This document shows positions 62,575-64,000 of a stretch of DNA of 64,000 nucleotides, one piece after another; position 1 is the stretch's first letter; each line of letters begins with the position of its first letter. The notes beneath the pieces were generated by a model. It did no database searches. It worked only from the letters and a program-made list of their open reading frames with translations, and was not told where the DNA came from. The stretch is from contig JACORW010000104.1 in assembly GCA_016179185.1 (NCBI GenBank), positions 12,124-76,123 on the forward strand. Reading direction: 5' to 3'. Made by a program: the position numbers and the translations under genes. Origin of the DNA: Gammaproteobacteria bacterium (GTDB lineage Bacteria; Pseudomonadota; Gammaproteobacteria; Eutrophobiales; Eutrophobiaceae).

Positions 62575-63507
62575 TCAGTCGAGGTTAATCGCCATACCGT
62601 CATAGGCCACTTCCCACCCGGCCTCATTGACCGCCTTGCGTTCCGCGCTGTCATCCAGAAGAATCGGATTGGTCGTGTTGATGTGGATGAAGATCCTGCG
62701 CTTGATGCCGAGTTCGCGCAGCGCGGCCATCGTGCCGTCCTCGCCCGACACGCTCAAGTGCCCCATGCGCTTGCCGGTCTTGATGCCGACGCCGTCGCGG
62801 ATCATTTCATCATCCACCCACAGCGTACCGTCAAAGAATATGAGATCCGCGCCCCGAATGCGCTCCGCGAGCGCTGAAGTCATCTCCGCGCAACCCGGAA
62901 TGTAGTAGAAACGCGGCCCGCCCGCCGGTCCCGACACCTCCAGCGCAATGGTGTCCTCCTCGACAGAGCCGAAGTTCGGCCCCTTCGTTGCATCCTCCAG
63001 CCACAGCGCCACCTTTCCCGGGACGGCGAACGGTTTCACTGTCAGTCCCGACCGATACCCTTCCGGTCCCCCCAGCTCAAACGGCTGTTCCAGCGTGATC
63101 GGCCGGCGCTGCACCAATTCCGGATTCAGTACATTGAAGATGGAGTTGGCACCGAGCACGCCCAGCACCCGCCCCGTGGCGTAAATGACCAATGGCTGGG
63201 ATTCGCGCAGGGTCAGCAACCCGGTGACATGATCCACGTCCGCGTTGGTCAGCACCACACCCTGAATCGGGCTGTGACGCGGACTGTTTTTCGGGTGCAG
63301 AATCGAATTGGCGTTTATCTGCTGGCGCAGATCGGGCGAGGCATTGAACAGGAACCAGTGCGCGCCGTCCGCGCTGACGGTGATGGACGACTGCGTGCGC
63401 GGCGCGGCCGCCGGATCACCATCTCGCGCCCGGCGGCTGTTCGGGTGATTGCAGTTCCACTGCGGGAATCCGCCGCCGGCGGCGGCCCCGAGCACACGGA
63501 TTTTCAT
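62575..63507 (-). CDS. pqqB: PqqB-like metallo-beta-lactamase-fold protein (orphan; no other pqq genes nearby)
   Basis: From the Met at 63507: MKIRVLGAAAGGGFPQWNCNHPNS...APRTQSSITVSADG...FNASPDLRQQI...LTNADVDHVTGLL...GHLSVSG...IHINTTNPIL. This is collinear with canonical PqqB. It has an ATGA overlap with the moaE stop. Confidence 0.85.
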   Translation of the reverse strand: MKIRVLGAAAGGGFPQWNCNHPNSRRARDGDPAAAPRTQSSITVSADGAHWFLFNASPDLRQQINANSILHPKNSPRHSPIQGVVLTNADVDHVTGLLTLRESQPLVIYATGRVLGVLGANSIFNVLNPELVQRRPITLEQPFELGGPEGYRSGLTVKPFAVPGKVALWLEDATKGPNFGSVEEDTIALEVSGPAGGPRFYYIPGCAEMTSALAERIRGADLIFFDGTLWVDDEMIRDGVGIKTGKRMGHLSVSGEDGTMAALRELGIKRRIFIHINTTNPILLDDSAERKAVNEAGWEVAYDGMAINLD

Positions 63508-63968
63508 GACCCGGCTTTGCGGCCCGGCGCGGCGTAACCCGAGGTGTTGTTGCTTACCCAGCGCTTGCCGCCGGCGATGTCCTCCTGCTTCCAGAATGGC
63601 GCCCGGGATTTGAGATCCTCGATGATGAACCGGCACGCTTCCTGGGCATCATTGCGATGGGCGGACCAGACCGCCACGACCACGATGGCCTCGCCAGGCG
63701 CGATGTCGCCCACACGATGCAGCACCAGGACATCGTGCAATGACCACCTGCCGGCCGCCTGCGCGCAAATATCCGCCAGGTGTTTCTCGGTCATGCCGGG
63801 ATAATGTTCCAGCGTCATGGCCTCTACCGCGCTGCCGTCGTTGAAATCGCGCATGGTGCCGATGAAACAGGCCGTTGCGCCGGACTGCCCAGGCTTGCGC
63901 GCGCTGCGCTCATGGACGGCGATCTCCGCGTACGGGTCAAATACGGTCTGCCGGATCTCGATACGCAT
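63504..63968 (-). CDS. moaE: Molybdopterin synthase catalytic subunit
   Basis: 154-aa ORF (ACFIGTMRDFNDG...LEHYPGM...IVVVAVWSAHRNDAQEACRFIIEDLKSRAPFWK). Confidence 0.93.
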   Translation of the reverse strand: MRIEIRQTVFDPYAEIAVHERSARKPGQSGATACFIGTMRDFNDGSAVEAMTLEHYPGMTEKHLADICAQAAGRWSLHDVLVLHRVGDIAPGEAIVVVAVWSAHRNDAQEACRFIIEDLKSRAPFWKQEDIAGGKRWVSNNTSGYAAPGRKAGS

Positions 63969-63970
63969 GC

Positions 63971-64000
63971 TCAGCCGCCTGTCACCGGTGGAAAGAACGC
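63971..64000 (-). CDS. moaD: Molybdopterin synthase sulfur carrier subunit, C-terminal end (gene runs off the window end)
   Basis: Minus-strand translation ends AFFPPVTGG-stop, the diagnostic C-terminal Gly-Gly of MoaD. It lies 2 nt upstream of the moaE ATG. Confidence 0.75.
   Translation of the reverse strand, partial: AFFPPVTGG

Overview
The window looks like a high-GC chromosomal core region of a gammaproteobacterium. This is inferred from classic gene orders: rpsP-rimM-trmD-rplS, metY-rimP-nusA-infB-rbfA-truB-rpsO-pnp, surE-pcm-nlpD-rpoS, and rnhA/dnaQ/gloB. Most genes are on the minus strand and are densely packed housekeeping genes covering translation, LPS heptose, purines, molybdenum cofactor, thiamine and cell wall. 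RNA and regulatory features I can support are an initiator tRNA-fMet followed by two intrinsic terminators, a TPP riboswitch ahead of thiC, and a strong bidirectional terminator near 34.37 kb. There is no CRISPR array and no transposase, and the only recombinase is housekeeping XerD.

The parts worth a second look are:
- A visibly AT-richer accessory islet (about 9.1-11.1 kb) with a vapBC module, a small membrane protein, and a helical protein whose reading frame is interrupted by an in-frame TGA.
- Two AT-rich intergenic hairpins whose arms are built from degenerate 7-nt repeats (5.15 kb and 50.5 kb).
- A self-contained mini-gene (promoter, SD, 18-codon polylysine ORF, terminator) at 34.4-34.7 kb.
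- glnE split into two translationally coupled half-genes directly behind riboswitch-controlled thiC.
- An orphan, Cys-motif-degenerate PqqB-like gene coupled to moaE.
- An AmmeMemoRadiSam locus (AmrS divergent from a fused AmrB-AmrA) with several palindromes in the shared control region.
- A frameshifted rimO.
- A molybdopterin oxidoreductase large subunit that lacks its usual 2Fe-2S partner.

All functional calls come from motif and family recognition by eye. No database search was run.
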